A DNA stretch of 64,000 nucleotides from an uncultured Candidatus Entotheonella sp. (GCA_965217185.1 OZ244252.1:3104001-3168000); one strand, 5' to 3'; positions 17,438-28,201 are shown, numbered from the stretch's first letter. Notes: generated by a model not told the origin, from the letters alone. A program made the numbers and translations.

Positions 17438-18933
17438 GAGCCACTTGCAGAATTGCGTGTACGAGTGGGATTTTCTTTCTCCGTGTCAAGCACGGGGCAG
17501 GCTCTGGGGCTGATTGGTGGACATTGGGGCCGCTTTCTGATTCTGTTGAGTTGTCAAACAACCGAATCAGGAGGAACGACCCCAATGGCCTTACGTGAGA
17601 TACTATCGAGTTACTGGTCTTGCTTTCAAGCGCTGCTGTTCCCGCAGCTTGAGGAAACGATCGGGGCGCTGGGGGAACGCCATCAGCGCTTCGTCATGGT
17701 GCTCGAACGGGTGCGGGTGGAAACGCTGCTGCCGTACCAGCACCGGCGTCGCGGCTGTCCGCCAAGTGACCGCGCGGCCTTAGCCCGCGCCTTCATCGCC
17801 AAGGCCGTCTTCGCGCTGGTTAGCACCCGGATGTTGCTTGATCGTCTGCGCCACGACAGCACCCTGCGCCGGTTGTGCGGCTGGCGTAGCGTCAAGCACA
17901 TTCCGAGCGAGGCGACGTTTTCACGTGCCTTTGCCGAATTTGCCGACAGCGCCTTGCCGAGCCACCTGCACGAGGCGCTGATCAAACGCACCCAGGGTGA
18001 GCGTCTGGCAGGCCATATTTCACGCGATTCGACGGCGATTGAAGGGCGCGAGAGACCGACCCCGAAGGCGCCGCAGCCGGCCAAGCCGAAGCGGCGGCGC
18101 GGGCGTCCGCGCAAGGGCGAGGAGCGCCCCACGGAGCCGCGCCGTCTGGAGCGCCAGCGCAACATGACCCTGCCGGAGATGCTCGCCGACTTGCCGTACG
18201 CCTGTGACATTGGCGTCAAGCGCGACGCCAAGGGCTATCAGACGTCATGGAGCGGCTACAAGTTGCATATTGACGCGGCCGACGGCGCCATCCCGGTCAG
18301 TTGCCTGCTTACCTCGGCGTCGCTGCACGACAGCCAAGTCGCCATCCCGCTGGCGACCCTGACGGCGGAGCGAGTCCGCAACCTGTATGACCTGATGGAC
18401 AGCGCCTACGATGCCCCGGAAATCCGCGCCCACAGCCGCGCCCTGGGTCATGTTGCGATCATCGACGTCAACCCCCGCAGCGGCGCGCGCAAGCAGGCGC
18501 TGCGGCAGGAGAGGCAGGCACGGCGTGCCTGTGGGTTGGTCCTGTCTGAGGAGAGACGTTACCACGAACGCTCGACCGTCGAGCGCGTCAATGGTCGCCT
18601 CAAGGATGAATTCGGAGGTCGCAGCGTGCGCGTGCGCGGCCATGCCAAGGTGCTGTGTCATCTGATGTTCGGGATTGTGGCGCTCACGGTTGATCAGTTG
18701 ATGCGCTTGGTGACCTGAAGCTGGTCTCGCGGCCCCGTTTCCTCCATCCCGGCACGCGCTGCTGTCCTGTACGCAGGGGGGAGAGTTGCGTCCGCATCGC
18801 AAGACGGGAGCCGGAACTCGGCACCGCCATGGCTGAATTCGTGGCAATTGGAACCACCGACGGCAAATGATTCACCGTACGGTCTCATGACAACCGCTCC
18901 GAGGCCAAACTAGCGGAGTTTTGCAAGTGGCTC
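17438..18933 (+). mobile_element. 1496-bp DDE insertion sequence, copy 2
   Basis: Near-identical to 8415-9910, opposite orientation. Confidence 0.9.
17585..18718 (+). CDS. DDE transposase
   Basis: Two visible aa differences from the 8630-9763 protein. Confidence 0.9.
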   Translation: MALREILSSYWSCFQALLFPQLEETIGALGERHQRFVMVLERVRVETLLPYQHRRRGCPPSDRAALARAFIAKAVFALVSTRMLLDRLRHDSTLRRLCGWRSVKHIPSEATFSRAFAEFADSALPSHLHEALIKRTQGERLAGHISRDSTAIEGRERPTPKAPQPAKPKRRRGRPRKGEERPTEPRRLERQRNMTLPEMLADLPYACDIGVKRDAKGYQTSWSGYKLHIDAADGAIPVSCLLTSASLHDSQVAIPLATLTAERVRNLYDLMDSAYDAPEIRAHSRALGHVAIIDVNPRSGARKQALRQERQARRACGLVLSEERRYHERSTVERVNGRLKDEFGGRSVRVRGHAKVLCHLMFGIVALTVDQLMRLVT

Positions 18934-19353
18934 AACCGTCATGAAATTTCGCTGCGCCACATATGAAGTCACGGCACCGGGAAACACCCGCGTCGTCAGG
19001 GGTGTGAAAAACTTTGGGGCCGCTTCGGGCCAGAACAGCACCAGAATGACGCTGCAACTGATGACGTAGGCCACCACCCCAGCCAAGGGCTGCGGCTGCG
19101 CCGTGGTCATGCGCCGGTACACAAGCCAGACGACACCGCAGGCTATGATGATCTGCGGCAACTGCCGCAAACTCGACAACCGCAAGATCGATTGCATCGC
19201 CAGACCGGAGTACAGATATGCCGACTCCACCAGGGTCAACGTCTGGTATTCCACCGAGACCTGCGCCAAGGCCAAGGGCGGCAGGAACAACACCGCGACG
19301 CAGGCCCACAGAGACGGCCATAGAGCCCGTTGCCGGACATCCGCATTACGCAT
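18934..19353 (-). pseudogene. TraG-like N-terminal fragment, truncated by an IS
   Basis: Multi-TM N-terminus in the traG position, after the traH-like gene; cut at the IS end. Confidence 0.5.
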
Positions 19354-19364
19354 GGCAGCCCCTC

Positions 19365-20693
19365 CTAGTAGCCGTATCCCATCGAGTTTTGCTCCCCGAA
19401 CTGGTTGGCAACCGTCGCGGCGGCGACGCCGGAGGCAATGGCCATGTCCGCGGCGGCCCCCTCCCGTTGCTGGATGTCCTGTAGAACCGCCTGCAAAATA
19501 GGCAGAGCGTGGCGCTCCGCCAGTTCCTTTTCACGAATCAGCCGGTCGCGCTCGCGCGACAACCGCTCCAGCCGCGCCTTGATAATGTCTTCCTCGGCCT
19601 CACTCAGTTGGGTGTTGTCCAGCATGCCTTCTTCCAACAGGTCTTCCAGCTCGCTGACCCGCCACGACAACTTGAGCATCGTGAACGTGCCCGACATTTT
19701 GCCCAGGAAGTCCTGATACGCCCCCGGATCGACCTGCTTGATGTCGTACATCCCCTGCAAAACGCCGTTTGGCATCATCATGCCCGGCAGCGACACATCC
19801 CGGTACTTGCTTGGTGTCAGGACATTGCCCGCGCCAACGATATTTACCGCGTCCTCGATCTTGGCGGTCAACTGGTCGCGCTCCGTCTTGTACACGTCGT
19901 GCAGACGCTTGGCCGGCGCCGTAATATCCACGTCAAGAGGTTCCTCGGGCGAGGCGCCCGGCTTCAATTCGATCTCCCCCAGCACCTCTTGGGCAAAATC
20001 CAGGATGTCCTGCGGCGCGTTCACGCGCTCCAGCGATCCCCCGATCATGGGTGCCGAGTCCCCCGCAGCAACCTGATTACCGGTGGCGGGATCGATGATG
20101 CCCGCCGTACTTCCACCAACGCAGGCCGCCTCCGCCTCGATCAGAGTCATGCCCGCCCCCTGCTGCGCCGAGATACAACGCGACGTGCGAGCACCGCTCA
20201 GCCGACCGCCGACGCCGACCAGCAGGGTTTCGGCCTGCGCGCACGACAGCCCCTTGAATTGCAGAATCTCGTTCACGATCTCCTGCAAATACTTCACCAT
20301 GTCGCACATCGTCGGCGCCGCGTAGCACAGGCTCACCATCGGCAACTGGCTGATAGCTGCGCCGATCAGGTTCGTCGCCGTGCTCTGAAGCCCCGCTATC
20401 AAAGCTGATGGATCCAGCATGCCCGCCAGGTTGTTAATCAGCCCGGCGCCGAACGAAAAGGAGCCGCACGGCGTCGAGATGTTGAAGTCGTGCAGCAACG
20501 GATTGCCCGGCGGTAACGTCGGGTATCCCGCCACCAGACCGCCGCGCAGCGCCCGGCCCACGTTATCCAGCCGCGCCGCCTCCAGCTTGTCGCTGCCCAT
20601 CGCTGCAAGCGACTCCTCGAACAGGTCCGCCACCGCATGCCCCGGAAATACCAGCCCGGCAATTACCACCAACACCAGCCATTGCCTGTTCAT
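19365..20693 (-). CDS. TraH-like / ICE conjugative transfer protein
   Basis: Signal peptide, PCGSFSF motif, several Cys, C-terminal coiled coil; operon context. Confidence 0.6.
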   Translation of the reverse strand: MNRQWLVLVVIAGLVFPGHAVADLFEESLAAMGSDKLEAARLDNVGRALRGGLVAGYPTLPPGNPLLHDFNISTPCGSFSFGAGLINNLAGMLDPSALIAGLQSTATNLIGAAISQLPMVSLCYAAPTMCDMVKYLQEIVNEILQFKGLSCAQAETLLVGVGGRLSGARTSRCISAQQGAGMTLIEAEAACVGGSTAGIIDPATGNQVAAGDSAPMIGGSLERVNAPQDILDFAQEVLGEIELKPGASPEEPLDVDITAPAKRLHDVYKTERDQLTAKIEDAVNIVGAGNVLTPSKYRDVSLPGMMMPNGVLQGMYDIKQVDPGAYQDFLGKMSGTFTMLKLSWRVSELEDLLEEGMLDNTQLSEAEEDIIKARLERLSRERDRLIREKELAERHALPILQAVLQDIQQREGAAADMAIASGVAAATVANQFGEQNSMGYGY

Positions 20694-20701
20694 AACCCCT
20701 C

Positions 20702-21178
20702 CTATTGCACCCGGCGCAGGCCGCGCGCCAGCATGAAGGCCGCCATACCGAGCAGAACCGTCAACGCCCCGGCCTCCTCCTCGTAGGACAGCGGTACCGG
20801 CGCGATGATCGAAGCCACCAGACAGGCCAGTCACACCAAGGCGAGCACCCGCCCCGTCTTGAGCAGCCGCAAGCCGAAACCGCTCAGCGTCACCGACTGG
20901 CGCCGGGCAGTGCCTTCCATGATGCCGACAGACCCGGCAAGCAGAAATTGCATGACCATCCCTTCCAGTTCCCCCAGGCGGCTCATGACCAGCCATTCGA
21001 GCTGCGGCAGCAGGTCCAGAGGCACCGGCCCGTAGCCGTCCGCATGGCCAAGCACCGACAGCCATTCCAGGCGCCCGGCGTCGCCCAGGCGCCACCACCA
21101 GTAGCCCAGGCCCACCAGTCCGATAAGCAACAGCACCAGGACCGGGGATACGTCCTCCATACCTTTCTTCTTTTCCAT
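20702..21178 (-). pseudogene. ICE membrane protein with an internal TGA at 20831-20833
   Basis: Hydrophobic frame continues past the stop (LACLVASIIAPVP...) to a TAG at 20702. Confidence 0.5.
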
Positions 21179-21242
21179 ACCGCGCCTCGACGAAAGGAGT
21201 TCCCCCGCAATCCCGACCGAAGAAAGGATTTCTTCTTCCGGA

Positions 21243-22298
21243 CTACTCTTCACGCGCCGGCGTCCTTTTCCTGAACAGGTCAAAGAGGCGCCAACGGCGG
21301 CGCGGCGGCGGTTCCTCAATCACCGCTTCGACAGGCTCGGCAGGCACCACGATTTCGCCGCCCTCCGTCAACAGTTCCCAGTGCCCCGGTTGCAAGATGA
21401 CGTAGGTATGGTGCGCCGGCATGACCACGCCGGAGACAACCTGTATCGGCAACTCCTGGCGGCTCACCAGCGGCAGGCGATACCCCATGGCGCCGCGCGG
21501 CACGTGCGGCGCGGTCACAGCTTCAGCCCGCCGCAATTCCGCAAGCCCCACAGCCGCCAGGACTGACGGCGGCTGCGCCACTTCGTGCGCCGGTGGCTCC
21601 AGAGGTCCGAGCGGGGAACCAGACCCCTCCAACGCCACCGGCGCGCCGGACGGCGGCCCGGTGGAAGCCGCCGCCACGTCTACAACCGGCATCGAGAATT
21701 CAATCCGCATGTCCCGTTCAATCACCACAGGCTCACCAGGGGGCGCATTTTCAACAACCTCCGGTGGCGGCTCCGCTTGCCGTTCCGCCGTCTCGACTGC
21801 CGTTTCCGCCGCCACAGGCTCAATCACTTGCTGCGGCTCCGGACCTGCTGTTTCCCCCTCGCCTTCCTCAACCGAGGGCGCCGAGGCCATCACGACGACA
21901 TCAGGCGAACCCGCTGACGCATGTACTATTTCGTCAAGCCTCTCCAGGACCGCTTCCGCAAACTGGCTCACCGCCGCCTCGACAGCCTCCCCGCCAGCCG
22001 CTTCGTCTCCCCGTTCTTCATCAGGTGCAGAGGGTTCCAACACCGCACTGGCCACCTCGATCGCACTGGCCACCTCGTCCGGAGTAAGCGGCGCCGGAAG
22101 CTCGCCGACAACCTCTTGATCCTCCCCGCCTTCCTCTACCGGTTGCGCAACAGGCCCCAACGCCGACGACACGGGTAACACGGGCGGAGCCGGAGCCTGC
22201 AACCACGGCGCCACCACGAAGACCACCAATGCAGCCCCCACCGTCCCGGCCAACACCAACAGAATTTTCCCCCTGGCTGTCCGCAATTCCATCCCCAT
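21243..22298 (-). CDS. Membrane-anchored acidic Pro/Ala/Glu-rich protein
   Basis: One N-terminal TM, long low-complexity linker, inside the tra operon. Confidence 0.6.
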   Translation of the reverse strand: MGMELRTARGKILLVLAGTVGAALVVFVVAPWLQAPAPPVLPVSSALGPVAQPVEEGGEDQEVVGELPAPLTPDEVASAIEVASAVLEPSAPDEERGDEAAGGEAVEAAVSQFAEAVLERLDEIVHASAGSPDVVVMASAPSVEEGEGETAGPEPQQVIEPVAAETAVETAERQAEPPPEVVENAPPGEPVVIERDMRIEFSMPVVDVAAASTGPPSGAPVALEGSGSPLGPLEPPAHEVAQPPSVLAAVGLAELRRAEAVTAPHVPRGAMGYRLPLVSRQELPIQVVSGVVMPAHHTYVILQPGHWELLTEGGEIVVPAEPVEAVIEEPPPRRRWRLFDLFRKRTPAREE

Positions 22299-22307
22299 GC
22301 CTCCTAC

Positions 22308-25043
22308 TCACACCTCAGCGGCCGCTATTGCCTCTTCCGCCTCCCTGACGACAGACCCCAGCCCGAAATAGTCTCTGACGCTGCCCGCTTCCTCCGGCTT
22401 CCGCTCCAGAAATGGCCCGGCCATGCTTGGCGCCAGCCCCATCGGGTACTTGCGCGCCAAGGCCGACACCGCAACCGTCAGGTTGTCCCCGAGCTCGTCA
22501 CGCAGCCTCTCGCGCACCCCCTTCTCGTGCGCCTTCTGACTTGCCAACCAGCGCAAAAACGGGTTCGGCACCAGGCGGATGACGCCGCCCCTGCCTTCGG
22601 GCTGCCACAGGTAGCCCTCGCTCCAATTCTCCCGGACGTGTACCAGCCGCAACAGCCGTGTCTCCTGTTCCGACAGATTGAACAATTCCTTCACCGTCCC
22701 GACCTCTTCCGGGTTCTGCTCCAGAAACAGCAAGTTGCCGGAGTTGTTCTTGATCGCCTGTGCCGCCGGCGAGTTGAAATCCGACAACTGCTGCGACATG
22801 AACATGGCGCAGCACCGGAAGCGCGCCAAAGCCCGCGCCGCTTCTTCCAGGAAGGCCGCCGCCGAGTCGTGCTTGAGCAGCGCCCATGCCTCGTCGAGAA
22901 TCAGGTACTTGCGCTGCTGGCGCGCCGCCGGGTTGGTGATGAACTGCATCAGGCGATACATCAGGGTGAGCAACAGCACCGATTGCAGGTCCTTCGCCTG
23001 TTCGAGCTTCGCCAGCTCGAAAACGGTCAACTTGTTGGTCAGCTTGAGCTCGTTCTTGCCGTCCACGAAGCCGGCGTACTCGCCGCGCCCGAAGTACTGG
23101 GCGATGCGCAGCGCGATCTGACTCGCCTTGCCCTGATCCTCAAAGGGCGGATGCAACAGCAGATCGTAAAAGTCCTTGAGCAGCAGTTCCTGCCCAGGCC
23201 GCTCTTTTTCGTGCCATTCGGCGAACACCTGCAATGCCTGGCTGCATACCGCCTTGTCGATCTGCCCCAGGCCGGCCGCATCCTGCCCGGAGACACCGCT
23301 GGCCATCTGGTCGATTACCGCCATCAGAAAGGTGCGGTGCGACGACCCAAGGTCGCCGGCAAACGGGTTGAAGCACAGCGGCTCGTCCAGATCGACCTGG
23401 ATGTATTCGCCCTTGTACACCTCGCACGTCGTGTCGTAGCTCGCCCACCGGTCGAGGATGACCACCGAGCTGCCGAGCGGCAGAGCCTGCTGGATAAGAT
23501 GATTGGTGAGGAAGGATTTACCGGAGCGCGACTTGCCTGACACGATGGTATGCGGCGCCGTCGTCGCGTCGAAGAAGTCACACGTCACCGCCTCGCCGCG
23601 GCGGTTGACGTAGAACTGTACCGGCGTCTGGCTGCCCGTGTAGTCACCGTACAGAGGCAGCAGGTGCGCCGCCACCAATGCGGGCAGGCGCCTTGAGCGC
23701 CGGAACATCTGATCCCTCGGGTATCTCAAATTCAGGCCCAGCGGCAGGCATTGCAGGAAAATCTGGTTGCCGAGCGTCGTTTCAGGCAGAAACTCCAAAT
23801 CCAGGCGCCGTCCCGATTGCGTAATGGCCGACACCGCCGACGACAGCGAGCGGTCGGCCCGCCCCCACAACACCAGGTGTACCCGCGTGTGCAGGATGTA
23901 CGACGTGGTGTCCTTCATCATCCGATCGAGGTCCTCGCGCAAGCGCACTTTTTCCGGGTCTTCTTCACCCAGGGCGGTGCTGCGCTGGAGATACGCGAAG
24001 TTGCGCTTCTGCCGCAGCCGCGCCCGCTCGTCCGTCTGATCGGGCACCCCGACCTGCGTTACCAGCGTCAAGGGCGTGTCCGGCAACGCCTCCCACGGCG
24101 CGAACGGCTCGCCGTCCTCCGGCGCGTGCAGGCTCGACAGCATGCCCGGGTAGGTGCGCGGCGGCGCCTGTTGCAGGCTCATCACCCGCGCCTGCCACGC
24201 ATGCTCGCGGCTGGGGTCGGTTTCGTCCGGGCCGAACTCCCAGGTGCCCTGCTGTGTCGTGCGCGCCGGCACGCTCAGAATCTGCTCGCGCATCGGGATT
24301 TCGGAATCGTAGCAACGCGCCTGCCGCTGCCAGGGCTGCAACAGCCGGGAAACCTCCCGGTGCATGGCGGCGCAATCGAGGCGTTCGTGCTCAACCCTGG
24401 CCATGCCAAAGACGCCCTCGCAAATCACCCGCAACTCCGCCAGCTCCGCCACCACCCGTTCCAATACCGTCTCGGTTATCCGGTTCATCTGCCGCAGCAG
24501 CGTCTTTTCCCGCTTGAACAGGGAAAACGCCCGTTGCTGCCGCCCCAGGTCGGGAACCGGCGCCGACAACCGCGCCGTCACCAGGGTCGTGGTTTCCCGC
24601 AGCCGCCAGCGCTTGGCGCCGTCCGCATGCGCCAGGCCCTCTTGCAGCGACGCTTCCTGAAACTTATCGACGCCGTAGGTGTCCGGCCCGCCCTTGCGGT
24701 ACTCGCTCCATTTATCTACCCGGTCGGTCGGCGCCATGTGCATGAGCACCTGGATCGTCGTCCCCGGCTCCAGGCTGCGGAACAGGTTCTGCAACACCGT
24801 CGCCATCTGCCGGACAGCCTCATCGGCAATCGCCCCGACGTTGCGCGGCTGTACTTTCCACATGCACCCGATAGCCGCGTCACGCGAGTTGTTGGGCTCT
24901 TGCAACAGAACCACGCCGTCCTCCGGGTCGCCGACAACCGGGCCATGCGGCAGCAGCGACGCGAACGGCGGATGGTCGGCGCGGGCAATCTCGCCGATGC
25001 CGTTCACCCCTTTGCCAACTTCCCCTTCGAGCGTTGCAGCCAT
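22308..25043 (-). CDS. traC: TraC/VirB4 T4SS ATPase
   Basis: GKSRSGKS Walker A, LILDEAW Walker B, FMSQQ. Confidence 0.92.
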   Translation of the reverse strand: MAATLEGEVGKGVNGIGEIARADHPPFASLLPHGPVVGDPEDGVVLLQEPNNSRDAAIGCMWKVQPRNVGAIADEAVRQMATVLQNLFRSLEPGTTIQVLMHMAPTDRVDKWSEYRKGGPDTYGVDKFQEASLQEGLAHADGAKRWRLRETTTLVTARLSAPVPDLGRQQRAFSLFKREKTLLRQMNRITETVLERVVAELAELRVICEGVFGMARVEHERLDCAAMHREVSRLLQPWQRQARCYDSEIPMREQILSVPARTTQQGTWEFGPDETDPSREHAWQARVMSLQQAPPRTYPGMLSSLHAPEDGEPFAPWEALPDTPLTLVTQVGVPDQTDERARLRQKRNFAYLQRSTALGEEDPEKVRLREDLDRMMKDTTSYILHTRVHLVLWGRADRSLSSAVSAITQSGRRLDLEFLPETTLGNQIFLQCLPLGLNLRYPRDQMFRRSRRLPALVAAHLLPLYGDYTGSQTPVQFYVNRRGEAVTCDFFDATTAPHTIVSGKSRSGKSFLTNHLIQQALPLGSSVVILDRWASYDTTCEVYKGEYIQVDLDEPLCFNPFAGDLGSSHRTFLMAVIDQMASGVSGQDAAGLGQIDKAVCSQALQVFAEWHEKERPGQELLLKDFYDLLLHPPFEDQGKASQIALRIAQYFGRGEYAGFVDGKNELKLTNKLTVFELAKLEQAKDLQSVLLLTLMYRLMQFITNPAARQQRKYLILDEAWALLKHDSAAAFLEEAARALARFRCCAMFMSQQLSDFNSPAAQAIKNNSGNLLFLEQNPEEVGTVKELFNLSEQETRLLRLVHVRENWSEGYLWQPEGRGGVIRLVPNPFLRWLASQKAHEKGVRERLRDELGDNLTVAVSALARKYPMGLAPSMAGPFLERKPEEAGSVRDYFGLGSVVREAEEAIAAAEV

Positions 25044-25051
25044 CGTTTCCC

Positions 25052-25429
25052 TCACTTCCCGCGTGGCAGCGCGATGGGCGCCGGCGCCGGCAATTTCAAC
25101 TTGAGTACCCGGTCCCCCTGGTAGCCCTTCAGAAACCATTGCGACGACTCCAGCATCACGTACACCCAGTGCCCGGCGATCAGGTCGCCGTCGTCGTTGA
25201 GGTGCGCCGTGATCCATACCCGCTGCACCTCCGGCGGCTGCACCAGCGGCAGGTACGGTTCCTCCGGTCCCAGGGCGCCCGGCGACGGCCCCAGTTGCGG
25301 CACTTCCACCGCCTCGCCGCCAGACCCCATTTCGGCGTGCAGGTCGCGGCTTTCTCCCAGGTACGGCTGCGGCGTGCAGCCAACGGCCAGCAGGCCGACG
25401 ATCAGGCCCAACAGTGCGTAGCGTTTCAA
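25052..25429 (-). CDS. traV: TraV-like lipoprotein
   Basis: Lipobox LAVGC; PEVQRVWI...GDLIAGHWVY; AGGAGG before a TTG start. Confidence 0.75.
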   Translation of the reverse strand: MKRYALLGLIVGLLAVGCTPQPYLGESRDLHAEMGSGGEAVEVPQLGPSPGALGPEEPYLPLVQPPEVQRVWITAHLNDDGDLIAGHWVYVMLESSQWFLKGYQGDRVLKLKLPAPAPIALPRGK

Positions 25430-25439
25430 CAAGCCCTCC

Positions 25440-26564
25440 TTAATCGAAGTCCGAAGCCACCGACGGCCAGCCCGCAACGGCCGGCAACCCCTCGACCGTC
25501 ACGCCTTCGAGCATCACCACGTACACCGGTGTCTGGCTCTCGATCCACACCACCGGCAGGATTTCTTCGGCCCGTTTCAAGAAGAACTCTTGTATCCGTG
25601 TCGTTGTCTCCGAGGTACCCACGTCGCCCAGGATGGCCCCCGCAATGCCGAGCTCCTTGGCAATCGCAACGTCGGCATATATGCCGGCCGCGGTCGTGCC
25701 CATCGCCGACAACAGGTTGGCCAGCCACCGACCGCTGCGAAACTCCCAACGCCCCGGCACCCCCAGGGTGCCGTCCTCGCCGGTGAAGTAACCCCGTACC
25801 GCACGCTCGAAAGACGTGCCGTCGGGCAGCACGCACGACAGGCTGACCGCCTCGACCCTGGCGCGCACCGAGGTCAGGTCGGCAGTCGCCTTGCCGATCA
25901 TCAGGCAGCCTTCAAGCGGAATCTCGGTATCGTTCGGACCGGAATAGGCGCTGCGTAAATCCACCAACACGGGCAAGGCATCGCCGCGCACCTTCGTTGC
26001 GAAGGCGCCGGTCATCAACTGGCCCGTCACCAGGGAACCGATCGGCAGGCGCACCCACGGACCGCTTGCCGGGGCCGGAGGTGCGGGCGGCGGAACCGCA
26101 GATACCGGGGCGGCCTCGGCGCCGCCCGGACGCAGAATGCGCAGCCTCGGGGCCGCCGCCTGCCGCTGCTCGGTATCCCGCGCGATCTCAATGGCCGCCT
26201 TCAAAGCCGCTTCCAACTGCTCCGTATAAGACCGTTCCTGCTCCTCAAAACGAGCGTTGAACCGTGTCTTCTGAGTCTCCACGTCACGCAGCAGGCGACT
26301 GTGTTGCTCTTTCTGCTGGCTCAGGGCGTAATTCAGGCTTTCAACCGCCACCTGCATTTCCGTCAGCGCCTTCGCCGTCGTCGCGTCGCCCGGCAAGGCC
26401 CCGGCGCCGAAGCGATCCTCTGCCTGCTGTTGCTGCACGACTTGCGGATCCTCACCGGGGACGAACAGGAACCACGCCATGACCAGCACCCCGCCGACGA
26501 TGGCTACCGCATACGCCTTGTTGCCCTTCGCCCAGGTAACGATTCCGTTCAACCAGTTCGGCAT
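25440..26564 (-). CDS. traB: TraB/VirB10-like protein
   Basis: TM, coiled coil, Pro linker, GCLMIG...SLSCV...GYFTGEDGTLGVPG. Confidence 0.85.
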   Translation of the reverse strand: MPNWLNGIVTWAKGNKAYAVAIVGGVLVMAWFLFVPGEDPQVVQQQQAEDRFGAGALPGDATTAKALTEMQVAVESLNYALSQQKEQHSRLLRDVETQKTRFNARFEEQERSYTEQLEAALKAAIEIARDTEQRQAAAPRLRILRPGGAEAAPVSAVPPPAPPAPASGPWVRLPIGSLVTGQLMTGAFATKVRGDALPVLVDLRSAYSGPNDTEIPLEGCLMIGKATADLTSVRARVEAVSLSCVLPDGTSFERAVRGYFTGEDGTLGVPGRWEFRSGRWLANLLSAMGTTAAGIYADVAIAKELGIAGAILGDVGTSETTTRIQEFFLKRAEEILPVVWIESQTPVYVVMLEGVTVEGLPAVAGWPSVASDFD

Positions 26565-26577
26565 GCCCAGGTCTCCC

Positions 26578-27285
26578 TCAGTACGGCGATCCCGGTTCGA
26601 TAACCAGATACACCCGCGTCTCCCCACCCGCCGGGATCGTCTCCAGGTCCGCAGCGATGGCCTTCAGTCCCGGCGCCTGGTACTCCGGCAGGCGCAGCAC
26701 GAACGGCATCTGCGTCAGGTTGCGCGCCGTGCCGAGAAAGCCCAGGTAGCGGCCCGCCGCGTACAGGTGCGTGGTTTGAATCTCTACCTCCTTCGACGAC
26801 GCCAGCGACTGGCTGTGCGCCAGGACCTCGACGCCGGGCAGCTTGTCCCCCTTGAGCATCGCCACCAGCAGACGCCGCATCGGGTTGCCCTGCGGACGCC
26901 GCGCACGCCCAGGGACGGCCGGCGGCGCTTCCCCAAAGCGCGGCGGTGCCTGCGGCAGGATGAGCTGCACTTCCGTATCCGGTGGATCGTGTTCAACAAG
27001 GCTGAGCAGGTGCAGCCGACCGCTATGACCGACCACGAACAACGTTGTACTGAAGCCTTCCCGCAGGCTCTGGATGAACAGCCGCTCACCCTCGATCTCC
27101 AGCGACAACGCGCCCGGATCGGCGCTCGTCGGAATCGCCTTGATCCCCTCCGGGAAGGTCACCACCGTCGGCACCCCGACGGCAATGTGAATCTCCACCG
27201 CATCGCCGGTGCTCACTTCCAGCCGCGCCGCCCACGACGGCGCCGCAAGGAACAAAACAGCCAGAAACACGACAAGTTGTTTCAT
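26578..27285 (-). CDS. traK: TraK/VirB9-like protein
   Basis: Signal peptide, beta-rich, GETRVYLV C-terminus; lies between traE and traB. Confidence 0.7.
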   Translation of the reverse strand: MKQLVVFLAVLFLAAPSWAARLEVSTGDAVEIHIAVGVPTVVTFPEGIKAIPTSADPGALSLEIEGERLFIQSLREGFSTTLFVVGHSGRLHLLSLVEHDPPDTEVQLILPQAPPRFGEAPPAVPGRARRPQGNPMRRLLVAMLKGDKLPGVEVLAHSQSLASSKEVEIQTTHLYAAGRYLGFLGTARNLTQMPFVLRLPEYQAPGLKAIAADLETIPAGGETRVYLVIEPGSPY

Positions 27286-27884
27286 CAGCCCGTCTCCGCT
27301 GTCAGAGGCTCGGTGAACTCAAGCCCGATCAGGGCAAGGCCCCAAGGATTCAGAGGACCTGGTTGCACCCGCTGGAAACGCAGGGTGACGCCCAATTCCT
27401 CGTCTCGAATCGGCAATGTCCCCGCAAACACCCGCCGCAGCGCGTCGATGCGGGCGCCGTAACCGCCGCTGAACCGCCCTACCACCGTGTTACGAATGGA
27501 CAACTGCGTACTCAAATTGTGCTCACGCATCATCAGCCGTTCACGCTCCGACCGCGCCTTGAAGATGCCCAGGAGCTGCGGGTGGAAAAGCTGCGCCACG
27601 CGCTCGTGCGCCGCCGCCGCCGTCTCCGGCGTGATGTTGTACAGAACGAGAACGACCTGTTCGGAAAGGGCCTTGACGAAGGCATCGGGAACCTCGTTGG
27701 GAATGACGAGGCCGGGCGCCACCTCCGCGGTGCCGTAGCACACCGGCAACCCCGACAGCCGCTGCCACAGGACCAGCACGCTCAGCACCACGCAGGCCAG
27801 CGCCAACAGCCCCGCCGCCGTTTCCAGGCGCAGGATTCGGACCTCGCCGGCGCCGAACAGGTCAGGCAGTCCTTTAGCCATCAA
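27285..27884 (-). CDS. traE: TraE-like protein
   Basis: TM, LYNITPET and NPWGL motifs. Confidence 0.7.
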   Translation of the reverse strand: MMAKGLPDLFGAGEVRILRLETAAGLLALACVVLSVLVLWQRLSGLPVCYGTAEVAPGLVIPNEVPDAFVKALSEQVVLVLYNITPETAAAAHERVAQLFHPQLLGIFKARSERERLMMREHNLSTQLSIRNTVVGRFSGGYGARIDALRRVFAGTLPIRDEELGVTLRFQRVQPGPLNPWGLALIGLEFTEPLTAETG

Positions 27885-27898
27885 CGCCCTCCGTCGCG

Positions 27899-28201
27899 TT
27901 ATTCGTCATCGAAATCTCCCGTCACGGGTGAATACGCCACGTCCCGAACCGGCAGGACGCCGGGAATGTGCAAGATGTCCAACCTGTGCATCAGGTGGAT
28001 CAGCACCCCCGGCGCCTTGCCCTTCTTGAGACGACGCAGCGCAATACCGAACGCCAGCGTCACGAAGAAGACCGGTATGAAGCCCTCGAAAATAAAAAGA
28101 CCGGAGAACACCATCACCGCGCTCAGCGCCGCGATGTCTTCGACCTCGAAGCCGAAGATCAACACCGGCGTATCGAGCTCGGTCGGACACTCAACCCACA
28201 C
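27899..28201 (-). CDS. traL: TraL/VirB3-like protein
   Basis: PTELDTPVLIFGFEVED, two TMs, KKGKAPGVLIH. Confidence 0.75.
   Translation of the reverse strand: MWVECPTELDTPVLIFGFEVEDIAALSAVMVFSGLFIFEGFIPVFFVTLAFGIALRRLKKGKAPGVLIHLMHRLDILHIPGVLPVRDVAYSPVTGDFDDE

Noticed and set aside
20831..20833. Recoded TGA (selenocysteine or Trp)
   Set aside because: It lies in a TM segment of a decaying element, and TGA is a normal stop throughout the window; a TGG>TGA mutation is simpler.
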